From contig OU015566.1 in assembly GCA_907165135.1 (NCBI GenBank), forward strand, positions 5,518,001 through 5,582,000: a stretch of 64,000 nucleotides of DNA, written 5' to 3'. Of this stretch, positions 48,370-61,246 are shown piece by piece. This stretch comes from Oikopleura dioica. Its lineage: Eukaryota; Animalia; Chordata. A model generated the notes under the pieces. That model worked only from the letters and a program-made list of their open reading frames with translations, was not told the DNA's origin and made no database searches. Positions within the stretch are counted from its first letter, which is position 1, and every line of letters begins with the position of its first letter. The position numbers were made by a program, and so were the translations under genes.

Positions 48370-51300
48370 TTATATAGTACAGAAATCAAGAGGAGAGACA
48401 AAAAGAATCGGGAAACGTACTTCGGAAGAGGTTTTTCGCCGCTATCTTTCGGAACTTCTCCAACAACATTCGTGAAAACGATATTTTCGTTCGAGTCTTA
48501 TTTGAAATTTCAAAATATTCAGCAGACTCAAAATTTGAAAGTCTTTCTGAAATCACGGCCTAGATTAATTCTTTGAATGAGACGCACTTCAGTAGTCATG
48601 TCGCCTGGAAATACAAAGATACTGTCAGCGATCATGAGGACTGATGGGAAAGTAACAAGCTAAAATAATCCAGCAATTAGAAGGCGAAAGATGAAATGAA
48701 GGCAGACGCACCTTTGGCAAGAAGCCATGTAAAGACCAGTTGTTGTTCATTAGCTGCCAGATTTCGTTTGTGTCTTGCCATGGCTTTCTGTCTTTTCCTC
48801 CAATTGTCAAAAGAGCTCCTGAAGGCAAGCTGACGACAGCAAGGTCTTCAATATACCTGAATAAGTGTGTATTAGATTTTCAAAAAAGCTGTCTTACCGG
48901 GGATGCGGCTCAAGTTCTTTCCACTTTCCAGTGCTCATCATTGTCTCTGTCGTTCCTTCTCGATACAAACCACCAACGACCGTCGGCCGACCTCTGTAAA
49001 GGCCAAATCCAGCGTAAAAGTGCTTTTCTTTTGTTTTTTTCGCAGGTAAAACAGATTTCCCGTCAAACTCTTCACAAGATCGTTCGGAATCGTAATCAAA
49101 GCAAATGAGCGCTATAAAAAGGATGATACACAACTGCCTCTTTCAAACAAAAGAACCTTTTCTCCCCCCATCTATGCTTACAACTCCATGACCGTGGAGA
49201 AATTTCGCTGTCAGATTGACTGATAATTGTTTAAATCCACATCCGTCAAGTTTAGCGATCTAGTTTTAAAAAAATTCTTTCGTATTAATGATTAAGTTTT
49301 ACTTTATGAGCATCAAACCGTCCTCCAAAAATAAACAATTGGCCGGAAACCAGTGCGTATTTGGACTGGTAAACGTAAGTTGCAATGTCGAAGGGATCGC
49401 CCCAGAAAACTGGAGACTCAATTGATAACTTGTTATTCATAGAACCATCGCCAAGTAGAGGGAAAGGGGCAAACCGTCCCCAAGATTCAGGCACGATGAC
49501 TGACAATTGCGTTGCTTCTCCGGTGGAGTAAATGAAGTTTCGAATTTCTGTTTTTTTGTCAAACTTGAAAACTCGCACTCGTTTGTTGGATAAATTCATG
49601 AGTCCAGAACTATCTGCCCTTGACAAAGCTTCTTGTCTAGAAGCGATCGTGGATTTTTTCCTCCTTTCTCTCGTTTTATCGAGTATTTCAAATATGATTG
49701 AATCAGAGGAAGAGTTCGAATTTAAAACAAACTCGAATTTTTTTAACCCAATTGGTTTGTATTCAAAAGTAACTGGTTCAGCGAAATAATCGGAGTCAAC
49801 CAGAAGTCGGCCATTAATGCATCCAAAGCTGAGAAGCTTATTTCCAATAAAAAGTTGTAGTTCAAATATATTTAATTCTCTGCACGGAGCATTCTTTTAA
49901 TACAAATGATGTTAAGGAAATTATTCTTATTTCTCACCCGTGGATTCCATTCAAACTGAAAAGTTTCTGCTCTGTGAAATTTCAGTTCAAGGGTGGAAAT
50001 GTGTTCATATTCGTTGAGCGAAGTAAAGTTGAAATCTGGGACGAGTGTTCTTGGAAAAGGTTGAGTCATAGAACTGGCTGATTGATTGAATTTGTCTTGG
50101 AAGGCGGCATTTTTTGAGAAACCCGGGAAAACATCGTCGTGAAAAGCAAAGAGGGGATTGCTTGTCACGTATATTTTCTTTTCGGGTTTTTGTTGGACGA
50201 AATCGATCTCGATTTGTTCAAAATTAATTTCAATCTCGAAAGTCGTGTCGAAAACATAATTTTGGATGAAAATGCGCTCGTTATTGATGATTCCGTTGCC
50301 GAAGTACTCGCACTCGTCGTTGTTGTTTCCGATTTGGTCTGTGTAGAATGGATCGTCCTCGCCAAGATAATTTCCCGTGAATAATTTCGAGAAGCAGATG
50401 GGCTTTTCTTCGTACTTGATGACTGAACCAATCCACTCGCTGCCCAGGGCCAGGAACTTTCCTTCCGCTTCTAGCAACAAAGAATACATTGTATTGGAAA
50501 GGGGAATGCTTCTTGTCACCAAGATCAGCATCAGTCGTCCTACGTCTATCTTCAAAAGATTAGAAATTATCGTCAAAGTATTGATGAAAACAAAATTTCT
50601 AATCCGTTTCAAAGGAACCACATGAACCGGCTCGAGATCTCTGAACTCTGGAGGCAACGCTTGCTCACTTTTCTTCCAACCCTTTTCCATTTCTTCGCTT
50701 CTTCGAATCCTGTTCAACGCGAGAGTCGTTGATAGTTTTATGTATCTGTCACCCATCCGGACACTCATTAGGTAAAAGATTCCCTTGAAGCTGATGGAAG
50801 ACAACTTAGCGTTGAAGTGATTACTAGCAATAAAGCCTTGTGCTTCTTCGAAGCGATCCAAATTGTACTCAAGAGCGTAATAGAAGCATTTTTCTAATCT
50901 CCCAGTTGGAGAACTTTTGTCGATCAGAAACACGATAATCTTGTTAATTATTTGTTAAGATTAGATAAAATAATAATATACTATAATATATATTTCATAT
51001 TTTTGACCGTTTTCAGATGACAATTACTGGAAAAGTCTTCCTGCCATCCTCTTTGTTACGAATCTCTATTTGATGAGTTCCAATAGACGAGCCAAAATGA
51101 AAAACGAAGAAGCCACTTAAACTTGGATTTGAAATTCGAATTTTTAACTTACAGAAAGGGTATTTTATTTGGAATCGAGAGAGATGGCTCATCTTCACTC
51201 TCCTTGACAATCATCAGATTTCCTAAAGCATCGACTAAGTAGTGTGCACCGTTGAGAAAAGTCGCGCCGGTCGACTTTTAAGTTTTTGAGAATTGTTTTT

Positions 51301-52863
51301 AAGTTCTTGCTCAAGATCAAAAATTTAACATCATCCGAGATATCTTCGGATATAAGCAGTCAAAAACGTTCATGAAGAAAAAAGTCGGTCTTCAGATGAG
51401 CAACCTTAAGGGGGGGTCGACGAGAATTTTTTTCAGGGGTGATCGTAATTTCGCTTATACTCATAACCGCGATATGAAACTTATATTTTTAGAATTGTCA
51501 GATCCTCCCGAATCTGTTGAGCCTAAAAACATTTCATAAAAATGAGATTTAGGGGCTGAAATTGAGAAAATTGTAAAACAAATGGCCATTTTTGACGCAT
51601 TTTCGCGAAAATGCCCCTACTTTGAGGGGATTTTTGACCGATTTTTTAGTAGACTCTAATTTTCCCTATCTAATCCAGTTTTCCCGCATTTTTGGTCACG
51701 GAAATCCCGATTCTCGTCGACCCCCCTTCTTAACAGCAGTGGCATTTGCGGAAAAATCTGACAGAATGATTGAAAACTTCTTCGAAGCCGTTTGACGATC
51801 AAGCCACCGACGAGTTATCAAAGTGGCATCGTAATTTTCCTTTGTTTCGTTTTTATCAGCAATAGTCAGTGTCGTCATTGTTGTCGTCGATAAAGTCGTC
51901 GAAGACTGCGTTGTTGTCGATTGCGTCGATGTCGTCGTCGTTGATAAAACCGTCGAGGAAAGTTCGCAGCCGCACGAAGATTCGGTCGTTCCCGGAACTT
52001 CAGTTGTGACTTTCTGAATACTTTCAGAGCTACGGTCGAAAAAAGGAATGAGTTTTTGATGCGAGTCAGGGAATTTTTCGCATTGATAGAACGGACAAGG
52101 ACATCCATTTTTGCAATATTTCTGAGTCGGACAAATGTCGCCGGCAGCGTCGAAAGATCTAGTCAGCTCAAAGCAAATTGACTCGCAAGGAGAAGTCGGC
52201 TTTCTCCTTGTTGATTTCAGAACCAGAGTTTTTGAGCAAAGATGGCGGCAGACTTTTGTATCGTAGAACTTTTGCTTTTTGCAGCGGAGGAGATTCAATT
52301 TATTCTCCTCCTCGGAAAAGACCGTCGTTTCCATCTTCGTTTTTTCAACTTTCTGAACCGACAGGGGGAGAATAAATTCCTTCGTCTCGTAGCACTGCTT
52401 CATCAGGTGGCCGCAATAGTCCATTGAATCAATCTGGAGGCATCTTTTGTAGTTTCGGTTGCAAGTCGAAGTCAGAAAAGTTGTCACGCCTTTTGACTTT
52501 TCCAGTGAAATTAAATTCGCTAGAAAAATAAAAATTTCGGAAGGATAAAAAATATCTACTTAGAAGCATGATCAGAACCCAAAAGATTGTGCCGATTCCT
52601 ACATAAGAGTACTTTTGAATCGTCGTAGCGTTTCCATGCTCAGCAAGAGTCATTTTCGAAGTGATTTTTTTCTTGTAGCTTTTATTCTCTTTAAGATCGG
52701 CCTCCTGGGTGTGGATGCTGCGAGTAGTGAGCACATCTTCCGCAAACAAGAAGACCTTTCTCCCTTTTTTGCCCAAAATGCCCACGCAGTGACACTCCAA
52801 GCAAGTAACTCGTTTTTGCTTCAACCAATTTAGATCCTCTTCCTTTTCAAGATTGAGTATCAT
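48370..52863 (-). pseudogene. Type II membrane Cys-rich + Kelch-like family, copy B; exonic MITE and in-frame TGA
   Basis: CLECHCVG, HGN, TM YSYVGIGTIFWVLIMLL, CRHLC..CPTQKYCKNGCPCPFYQC, YNLDRFEEAQGFIASNH, GGRFDAHK, FYAGFGLYRGRPTVVGG, ends PILFVSPLDFCTI*; TGA at 51360-62 where copy A has CGA. Confidence 0.75.
51410..51729. mobile_element. Kolobok-like MITE (320 bp) inserted at TTAA in a coding exon
   Basis: TTAA at 51406-09 and 51730-33; TIR GGGGGGTCGACGAGAAT; purine termini. Confidence 0.8.
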
Positions 52864-53013
52864 TTTAATTGAATTTCTCTGACTTCATAAACTAGCGGAG
52901 GGAAAAGTGAAGATGTTCTGGTCTGACAATGGGACGTTCGTAAAAATCGCACTTTGATTTTCGCATCCGAAGCGGTTATTAAATTTCAGCGCCGTTAAAA
53001 ATCTCCGAACAAA

Positions 53014-53563
53014 ATGTCAGTCTGCCTTGTCTGTCGGAATGAGAGTCGACCCTCCTTGAACCTCCTCCAGGGAATCGAATTCGTGCCTTTCTTGATCCAA
53101 GCGGCAAACAGCCAGCTGATCCAGTCGTCCAAGTCAAGCGGAACACTCGAAATCGTGACCGACTGTATTGCCAATTTCTCGCGAAACTACTGTCCCGACC
53201 AAGAGTCCGCTTACCTCTCCCTCTTCGACACAGCTTCCCGATCAAGTTTGACAGATGGAGACGAATTCTTTGGCGCGAGTTTGATGAAAGTGGTCGTCAG
53301 CTTGAGCGAACAAAACCTCGGCCAAGAGCTGCTCCAGAAATCGGAAACTACGCAAGAATGGACTGAGCGGCTTGATCAACGAGACGGATTGGACTCTTCG
53401 CCGCAAGAAATCAAGTAAGCTCAAAATTAATAATCATCTCTTACCGATTCTTTCAGAGGAGGTTATCTACGAGTACGCGCAAAACGACAACGAAGCAGAG
53501 CGAGAACTCTCCACCAAATCTTCTCAAATCTTGGAGCTCATCAATTTTTCTCAAGAACAATAA
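53014..53563 (+). CDS. Uncharacterised acidic/helical protein, 2 exons
   Basis: 134-codon ORF ending at a GTAAG donor (~53415), TTTCAG acceptor (~53457), second exon ends in TAA followed by AT-rich 3' region. Confidence 0.65.
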
Positions 53564-53710
53564 TTTCAAGCCTCATTTTCTGCCCATTTAATTCTATTTT
53601 CTATTTTTTTTAAATATATCTCTATTTTCGAAACTAAAGAATTGAAATCAAGGAAGACAAAAGAATCGTTTTCCTTTATTTTAAAATGCTTTTATTTCTA
53701 ATAAAGTTGT

Positions 53711-56165
53711 TTATTCTGGGATGAGCTGGATGATGTAAGCAGAAGGAAGAAGATACCAGGTGTTTTCGTCCATGTTTTGTGAAAACTCGTTGACGAGTGT
53801 GAGTTTGATTTCGTTGTCTTCGTAAACGGTGCACTCGGTTGAGTTGACCAGATTGAAGATGTACTCGGGAGAAGCGTAGTATGGCCTTTTTAGAGGAATG
53901 CGCAGAACTAAAAAAGGCTAGTTTGAGTTTGATAAATTTTAAAATATTGCACCTGAAGAGTGATCCTTGAAATCGCTGTTTTGGAGAACGTACTCGCCCT
54001 TTTCGACTCGGTCGAGCGTCATTTGGTGGAAGAAGAGAACGCCGGAAGAAGGTAAATAGGCGCCGGTGACTGTTGCAGGACGAGTGAAGGTGAAATTTTC
54101 GTTGAGAGTTACTGAATTCGGGTTATATTTGTTTTCTTTGTGATTAAATGCCTGTATGGAAGTGACAGCTTGATTTAACTGGACAAGATTTTGCAAAAGG
54201 TTTGTCTTCGAGGTTTTTTTGTACTCCTCTGATGATGTGCCATCCACTTCTCATCAGATAAGTTTTTTTGCAAAGCCGATTCAAAAGAATCTCGATTTCA
54301 TTTTCTTGCTTTTCTTGTTCTTTGTTGTTCGGATTCAAATTGAGGCCGGCCAAACTTCGCGGAAAGACGATCGTAGTCAAAGTTGCCAGAATTTTTTCAA
54401 AGGTACAAAAACCGTCTTCGTCTACGAAAGCAAGGTCATTTTTGATGGCGTGTCGGAGAAGAGTGGTGACTGAAATCGGGGCGCAAAGTTGACTGGTTTT
54501 TTGGTCGAAGACGTTTTTCGTCAAATTTTTCATGTCTTGATTGACGCACTTTGTCGCGTTTTGTTTCAAATTCGACATTTTGCAGGATTGAGTCAAGTTT
54601 GGATCATCAAGGCAAAAAACGGTTGACGCGTTTTCCAGCGAAATTATTTTCGTGACTTCGGAGATGAAACCAGAGTTGGTAAAAAAGTATACTTCACCCG
54701 CCCTTCAGAATGAAGTATACTTCCGAGCCATTTCGTACTTCAAATTGAAGTAAGCATTATGCGCTTCAAGATTGAAGGGCGCCCTGCAGATTTTTGAAGC
54801 GCAGGGTGAAGTATACTTTTTTACCAACTCTGGATGAAACTGCGAAGTGATGAATAATTATAGAATCTCTTGAAATTTTTGATTGAGGATGCCCCACACT
54901 CCTTCAAAACAAAAATTACAAAATCGACAAATCAAGCTCTTACTTCAACAATTTTATCAATTTCTTTTCTTTCGCCATCATCGAGTGGTTGGTACAGAAG
55001 TGTCCACGCAGTCTTCCAATCGCAGAAAAGGAAATAATAAAGATTTTGAGCTAAATAACCAGCTACACCCGCGATTTGACCATGAATACTGAATCCTGGC
55101 GTCCCAGCAGCTTCGAAATTTTGTAAAAATTGAAGATTTCCAAAAACTTACCAAGAGCGCCAAAATGTTTGTATTTTGATCCTCTCCTGGCGTACCCCAT
55201 TTTTCGGTAGCCTTTTCGACCGGTTAACTCCCTAACGAGCCCGAAGTCAATTATTTTCGGAATTTCACCAACAATCACAATGTTTTCGAATTTCAGATCG
55301 TAATGCTCAATTCCACGACTACTCAAATATTCAAATCCATCAAAAATTTCATTCGCAATCATCCTTCTCGTTTCCAGATCAATTCTTTCTTCTTTCAACA
55401 AAGTCCTTAAAATCGCCTCTCCCTTTTCCATAATCGTAATCCAGCCCAAGCAATCCTTCTTCTTCTCGTCTTTCTCGTGAAAAAGCTCAACATTCACAAA
55501 GTTATGGACAACGTTTTGATGAAATGGCATTTGATTCTTCCCCTGTGATGATTCTTCTTTTCCTTTTGCTGGTTCAAATTCTCAAAAAAAACTTTAAAAA
55601 TATATCTCAAAATCCCGTTTCTACCTTTTGAAAGATGTATCTCGCAATCAAATCCGTCCTCTTCAAATTCCTTAGTGAAAAGAAAAGGATCAAAAACCTG
55701 CACCCGCACAACTGTCTCAAGACCTTCGAAGTTTTCAGCGATCACAATCGCTTCTCCTCCTCGTGAAAGCAGCTTCTTTTCCAAATCGTCATCTAATCGC
55801 CAATCAACAGACTCTTCATTGATCTCCCATCGTCCGATTGTTCTTTCGATAAGAAAGGGATCATTTTTAAGAACTTGCTTTTGCAATTCTGTTTGCTCGA
55901 ACTTCTCAAGATTTATATTCTTTCTGTCGAAAATCATTCCCCGGCCTTCTTCATAAAATCTTATAAATTCCCAACGAAAAGCATTTTTATCATCCTCAAA
56001 ATCAAGTCGCTCAACGGATTCCACAAGCCGGCATTTCTGCGTCCGCGAAGTCGTCCTCTTCAATTTCGGAAGAAATTCTTTCAGCCAACATTCAACTTTC
56101 TCTCTTTCCAGTTGAGATGGATGGTCAATGATTTCAACATTGTCAAGCTCTATTCTTTTCGCCAT
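53711..56165 (-). CDS. Atypical protein kinase-like domain fused to a papain-like cysteine peptidase domain; exon interrupted by hAT MITE
   Basis: SRGGEAIV, HYDLKFEN, IIDFGL, GTPGF; then DQKTSQLC and FHQMTL..VLQNS; introns include a 40-nt GC-AG (54112-54151). Confidence 0.8.
54671..54832. mobile_element. hAT-type MITE (162 bp)
   Basis: 8-bp TSD GATGAAAC (54663-70, 54833-40); 29-bp perfect TIR CAGAGTTGGTAAAAAAGTATACTTCACCC. Confidence 0.92.
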
Positions 56166-56218
56166 TTTCTCTTTTCAATTTTATTGTTTGAGCAGTAGTA
56201 TGTGAAAATTGTTTGCAG

Positions 56219-56439
56219 ATTGATTTTTGAACCAAATCAAATATCTGCAATCATGTTTGCATGGAAACGAAATGAAAGCCTGCGTCAACTTGGAAAAGAT
56301 CTTTTCCGACGGGCTTTTGGGCGTCGAAAAAGACAAGAAACGAGAGATGAAGCTGGAAAGTTATCAGAGAAAGATCGAAGAGCTCAGTGACGATTTCGAG
56401 CTCGATTTAGAACGAGTCGATGATTTGGATAGAAGCTGA
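56219..56439 (+). CDS. Possible short coding exon or gene, head-to-head with the kinase gene
   Basis: TTTGCAG acceptor, charged coiled-coil-like frame MKACVNLEK...VDDLDRS*; reading frame ambiguous. Confidence 0.3.
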
Positions 56440-57471
56440 CAGAGCTTTTTGCAGAAATTAACTTTATTTTAATTTATTTGTACAAAATGCCAATTCTGAC
56501 AACTACGGAAGAGAATGAAAACGAATAATTCGATAATAATAAATAAAATTGTCGAAGAAATTTACCCTTTCGTCTTTTTTTGAATTCAAAATTGACCTAG
56601 ATTCGTTTTGAATCAATTCTTGTGTAATTTTTATGTAAAAAATAACCAAAAAATATGCTTCTGCAGCTTCCGCACATGTCTTCATTAATAATTCATGCCT
56701 TCCAAAAAATCAAGGCTTGGACGATTATGCAAGTGACCTAGATTTTGCCCGTGGAACCTCGCTCTTGAAATTGGTGAAAGCGCAGACGTACGTAGGAACT
56801 TGTCTTTTCCCTCAATTGTGTTGGTGTTTGCCCGGCGCCAGGAGTATGCACATGCTCCTTCTGTCGGCAGTGCGGAACAAACGAGCCAAGTCGAATTGTT
56901 CTGCTCATAATGGACTATGTTAACTATTCAATTCATTGCAAGTCAAACGAGGATTTTAGACAAATAGCATTACAAAACGAGCAGCGGCCGCGTGCCCCGC
57001 CAGTTACAAGTAAATACGGATTAAAAGCACTCTTTGTCTCTTGCTTTTATTCTTGCACCGTGCGCGTGTTCTATCTGATTATCTGGCTGTCGGCTTTTTT
57101 CGGGAAAATTAACAGAGATCAAGGAGGATCGCTTTCGCATCTTTTATTGACATTCCATTATTTGGGCCCCAAAAATTTAACTACACGAAAAACAGCGAGG
57201 AAAAAGCATCTAACCAAGCTTTTTTTCGACTTTTCGTTATTGATTTATTGAGCCCATGAACTAAAATTACGCAAGAAACTCATCTAGAAACTTCATGTAA
57301 ACGATCATCATTTTTTTGCATCATTTATTTACAATTGTAAAAAATTTTTTGTTTTTAAATTAGACAGCAAAAGGGAAGAGCTCGCAGAGTAAAAAGAGGA
57401 AATATACAGCAGTGTTAGAAAGTGTCGTTGCATAAATAGAACTAGTAAGATCATTTTTTTCTGCCATTTTT

Positions 57472-60400
57472 TCAGACTTCGACTTTGATGTCTTCCATTT
57501 TTTCATCGGCGTGTTCGTCGATCTGGAGGGACTGTTCTTCGTCTTCGGAGTTGTTTTCGAACTGTGGCTGGTGGTGTTCGGAGCCTTCCGAGCCGCTTGG
57601 GGAGCCGGGGTTGATCGTGGCGATGTTTTCCGGGTTGCTCTGGCTGGAGTTGTTGAGAAGAGCGGCGCTGAGCTGGGCTTGGGCGCTTTGGGCGGCTTGG
57701 CGCTGCGAGTTGAGGAGGTTTTGGGTGAGAGTGGCGAGGAGCGGGTTCATTGTCAGGGATGGGTCGAATTGCTGGTAGGGGCTGCTGTGGACCATCGAGG
57801 GTGGGGCGTCGTCTGAATTTTATTTTTAGATTATAGTTTTCCACGAAGATGAACTCAGTTAGATATGAGATGATGATTGTCATAAGTTCTTAATTCAGCT
57901 CCAGTTGTGGCTTTATTCATGACTCAACGACTTTTTTGTTGAATATGCATAAATTATATAACTTGTTTTGGATTAAACGTAGATCATATTCGGCTATTAT
58001 TTTGAGAAAGAATAGATTCTTACCGTTTCGGAACGGTCGCGCTCCGCCGGGCTGATGCTGGTGCATTCTGTAGTGAGCCTTGATGTCCGCTGGGGAGCTC
58101 GTTGTGAAGGCGCAGGAGCCACAGGAGAATTGCTGCTGCCCGGTGTGCTGAAGGAGAAAGATGAAAAATTGAGGATGACGTGTGTTTTAGCTACCTTTGC
58201 TTTGTGAAGACGGAGGGTATAATTTCTGGTAAATCGTTTGCCGCAAATATCGCATTCAAAGGGCTTGACGCCACTGTGCAGTTTGATGTGCTGCTTCAAG
58301 TTGTGGTAGCTGAATTCAAAGCGTTAGTGACGCGCTCGTTTGAAGACCTCCTTACCGGGTGAAGCGGGAGCCGCAGATTTGGCAGACGTGGGGCTTGGGG
58401 ATTGAAGTGGGCAGTGTTCGGCGACGGACGGGCATGTACTGGCCGGTTGGCGGAAGAGCGGGCAGATCGGGCTGGGTGAGTGGCTTGCCGGTTCGGGTTC
58501 GGCCGACTACTGTGCCGGGAGTGGGGATGCAGGGATCGGTGTCCATGGCGATGACGGAGAGATTGGCTTGGTTCGACTAGGGTAGATGTCAGATAGAAGT
58601 CAAAATGAAAATTTCAAAAGAAACTTCAAAACAATGGAGACTTACCGAGACGCTAGAATTGGGAGACTGGGGGACCATCAGACCCATGTTGTTATTTTTG
58701 TTGAGATTGTCGTCGAACTCTGGGTTTTCTTCGTCTCCTTGGTGCCCTTCGCTCATTCCAGAGTCGATTTTCGCACCTAGAGAAAAAAGTTTAATTGGAT
58801 TGAATTTGTTTTTGAGTTGGGTAAGGGGGCGCTGTCAGCGGTTGACAATTTGAAAGTGCTATTATGGAATTAGGTGCATATGCTCTAGCTACGTGCAGTT
58901 TTGGATTGCTGCTAGCAAGAGTGTAGTCATGATACACTTAATTTGCGTCTTAGCGGGCTAGCGTTGCAGATGGATAGGAGCAGGGAGCAATTTTAGGCCA
59001 ATTGCGCCGGATCAAAGTTGCCCCCGATTTAATCCCGGCCACAATTAACCTGTCCGAGCAGCGAAAATGCATCGGGTTAGAAATTCGCCCGCTTTCTTCG
59101 CTTTTCGATAATTGGCCATTTTTTAAAATTTGGAAGGGGGAAATTGAAAACTTGAAAATTGAAAATTGTAAAAAAGGGAAGAAGAGAGCTCATTTTCTAT
59201 CTATGCACCGGGATAATTAGGCTTTCGCTGTGTAAAAGGAGCATTTGAAATTGCTCCAACGATCGCTGCCCGCATCAGTTAATTAGGCACAATTTACTCT
59301 GGTGGTGCTAGTGCCGGTGATGCCAATTATCCGGCCATCGATACCGACGGCCCTGGCGCCCGTCTCTCCTTTTTCATGCTTTCGTTTTTCGGGATCGGAC
59401 TCGGGCGATTTCGAAAATCGAAACGGGCCGCTCCCAAAAGATCTAGTATTGTCTTTGCGTTTCCGAATGCAAGCCGCGGCATGTTTTGCCAAAAATGCCG
59501 CAGCGGAAATTCCTAATTCAAACATGAGCTGCTGTATTTAACTCGCGCCTCGGGGCAAAACTGCATGATGTGCCCTTTCGCCTGTGTTGTCCAATTACGG
59601 GGAAATAAAGTGACTTTTGCAGCGCCGCGGGCTGCGCGATTTTGATTGCATATTCGCCCTGTAGCCTATAGAAGGCCATTATGATTTAGGCGGCACCCGG
59701 GGGCGATGCACAGCGTGATGCGTGCCTAACATTTTCTCACATTCCCTCTCTCTGCCTGGGCCAAGCGCGCACGCGACTCGGATGCAATTCATCAAGCGTT
59801 GATGTCATTGCACTATCCCACGCTTTGGCTCAAGCAGAAAATTGCTTTATTTATAAAAAAATTACCTAGGGAGGATTCTGTTGTCTCATCTCCATCGCCA
59901 TTTTGGCTTGAAACGGTGCTTATGTCCTTCTGCGGGCTGCAGCAAGAATCGTTGCTGGCGACGGTAACTGGCGATTCTTGAGGAGTCACGATTGCGCTGT
60001 TGGGCTGCTGCTGCTGCTGCTGGTTGTTGAGCTCGTTGCTCATCTTGAGAATCTGCAGCAGCTGCGGGATGTTGTCCTTCAGCAGGGCTTGCGCATCCTG
60101 TCCACCGTTGTTTCCTTGGGACATTCCAAGGACAAGTCGGAGCATTTCCAGTTGCTGGAGGGAGTTGGCCATTGGCCCGGGAGAACTTTGCATGCTCGTG
60201 AATTTTCTAAAGAAAAGATAAAGAAGATGAACGCAAGAAATAATCGGGTTGATCTTGAATGAGTTTTCTTACCGGAGAAAGTCGGAAACAGGCTGGATGT
60301 GCAAGTGAACTGATGCGAGGAAGACATCATTAACATCACTTTGCGGGACATTGAGCACGGAAGTGTATGCGTACTCCAACAATGGCAGGAATCCTTTCAC

Positions 60401-61246
60401 CGTCACGTTTGCATTGTTCAAGACGACGCGAGGTTGGCCGCACCCCTCTACAATTCAAAGTTAAATTTCCATTTCATTACCACATCCCATCGTAAGTTAA
60501 AATCGATCTAAGAGGCAAACACATGCCTCGGTCTGTGGAAATGGCTCGGACTGAGTGAAAAAGCTTTGGACTGTGGAAATAAGAATGTGTGTATGAATGT
60601 CTTGTTGCGAAAAAAGATCGATCGAGGGAGCAGTTCTCAGTGCTCCGGAAGGGAGTTAATCGAGCCGCGCCTTGTTTGCTGATCTGGTTAGCAAATAGGT
60701 GTAAACTGGGTTGAATAAGTTAACCTAGCACTCCAATGATTGACGATTCAACACCTTCCCGTGCCCAATATTCACTAGCCAAGGGCCATCCAAATAACAG
60801 AAGCTTCTTTCCCTTGAGTTTAATTGAAAAAATGTCAGTTTGGCAATAAAATTTAGACATAGCTCGAAGTACACTAGATTGCCCACCCTTCCATAAAACA
60901 TAAAAGCAAGAAAAAAAAAATTGACGACTCACCTTGGAGGAAGAAATTACTGCACGCTGCCATAACGATTTTGTGCGCGCCAAATTCTTGTCCCTAAAAG
61001 CACCACATGAGTTGTTTTACGATCATGCGCACTCGCATTTCTACGGCAAGAGAGTCGTGTGTCTTGCGCCTGTTCGAGTGTCTTTGTTGATTTGAATAGC
61101 CATCATCTTTCGTTTTTTATGATGATAAGCGATTAATCTCTTACCTCAACGACGATGGTCAGGTCGACGAGCATATTTTCTTTGCGGAAAAGATTGAGTC
61201 GCATGAAGAGCTGCTCGTGGTGTTGGTCGTCTCGGTGAGTGATCAT
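57472..61246 (-). CDS. BTB/POZ-C2H2 zinc-finger transcription factor (ZBTB family), three fingers
   Basis: [25 protein letters not shown]|[18 protein letters not shown]|..LLEYAYTS (BTB); [65 protein letters not shown]; canonical introns. Confidence 0.92.
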
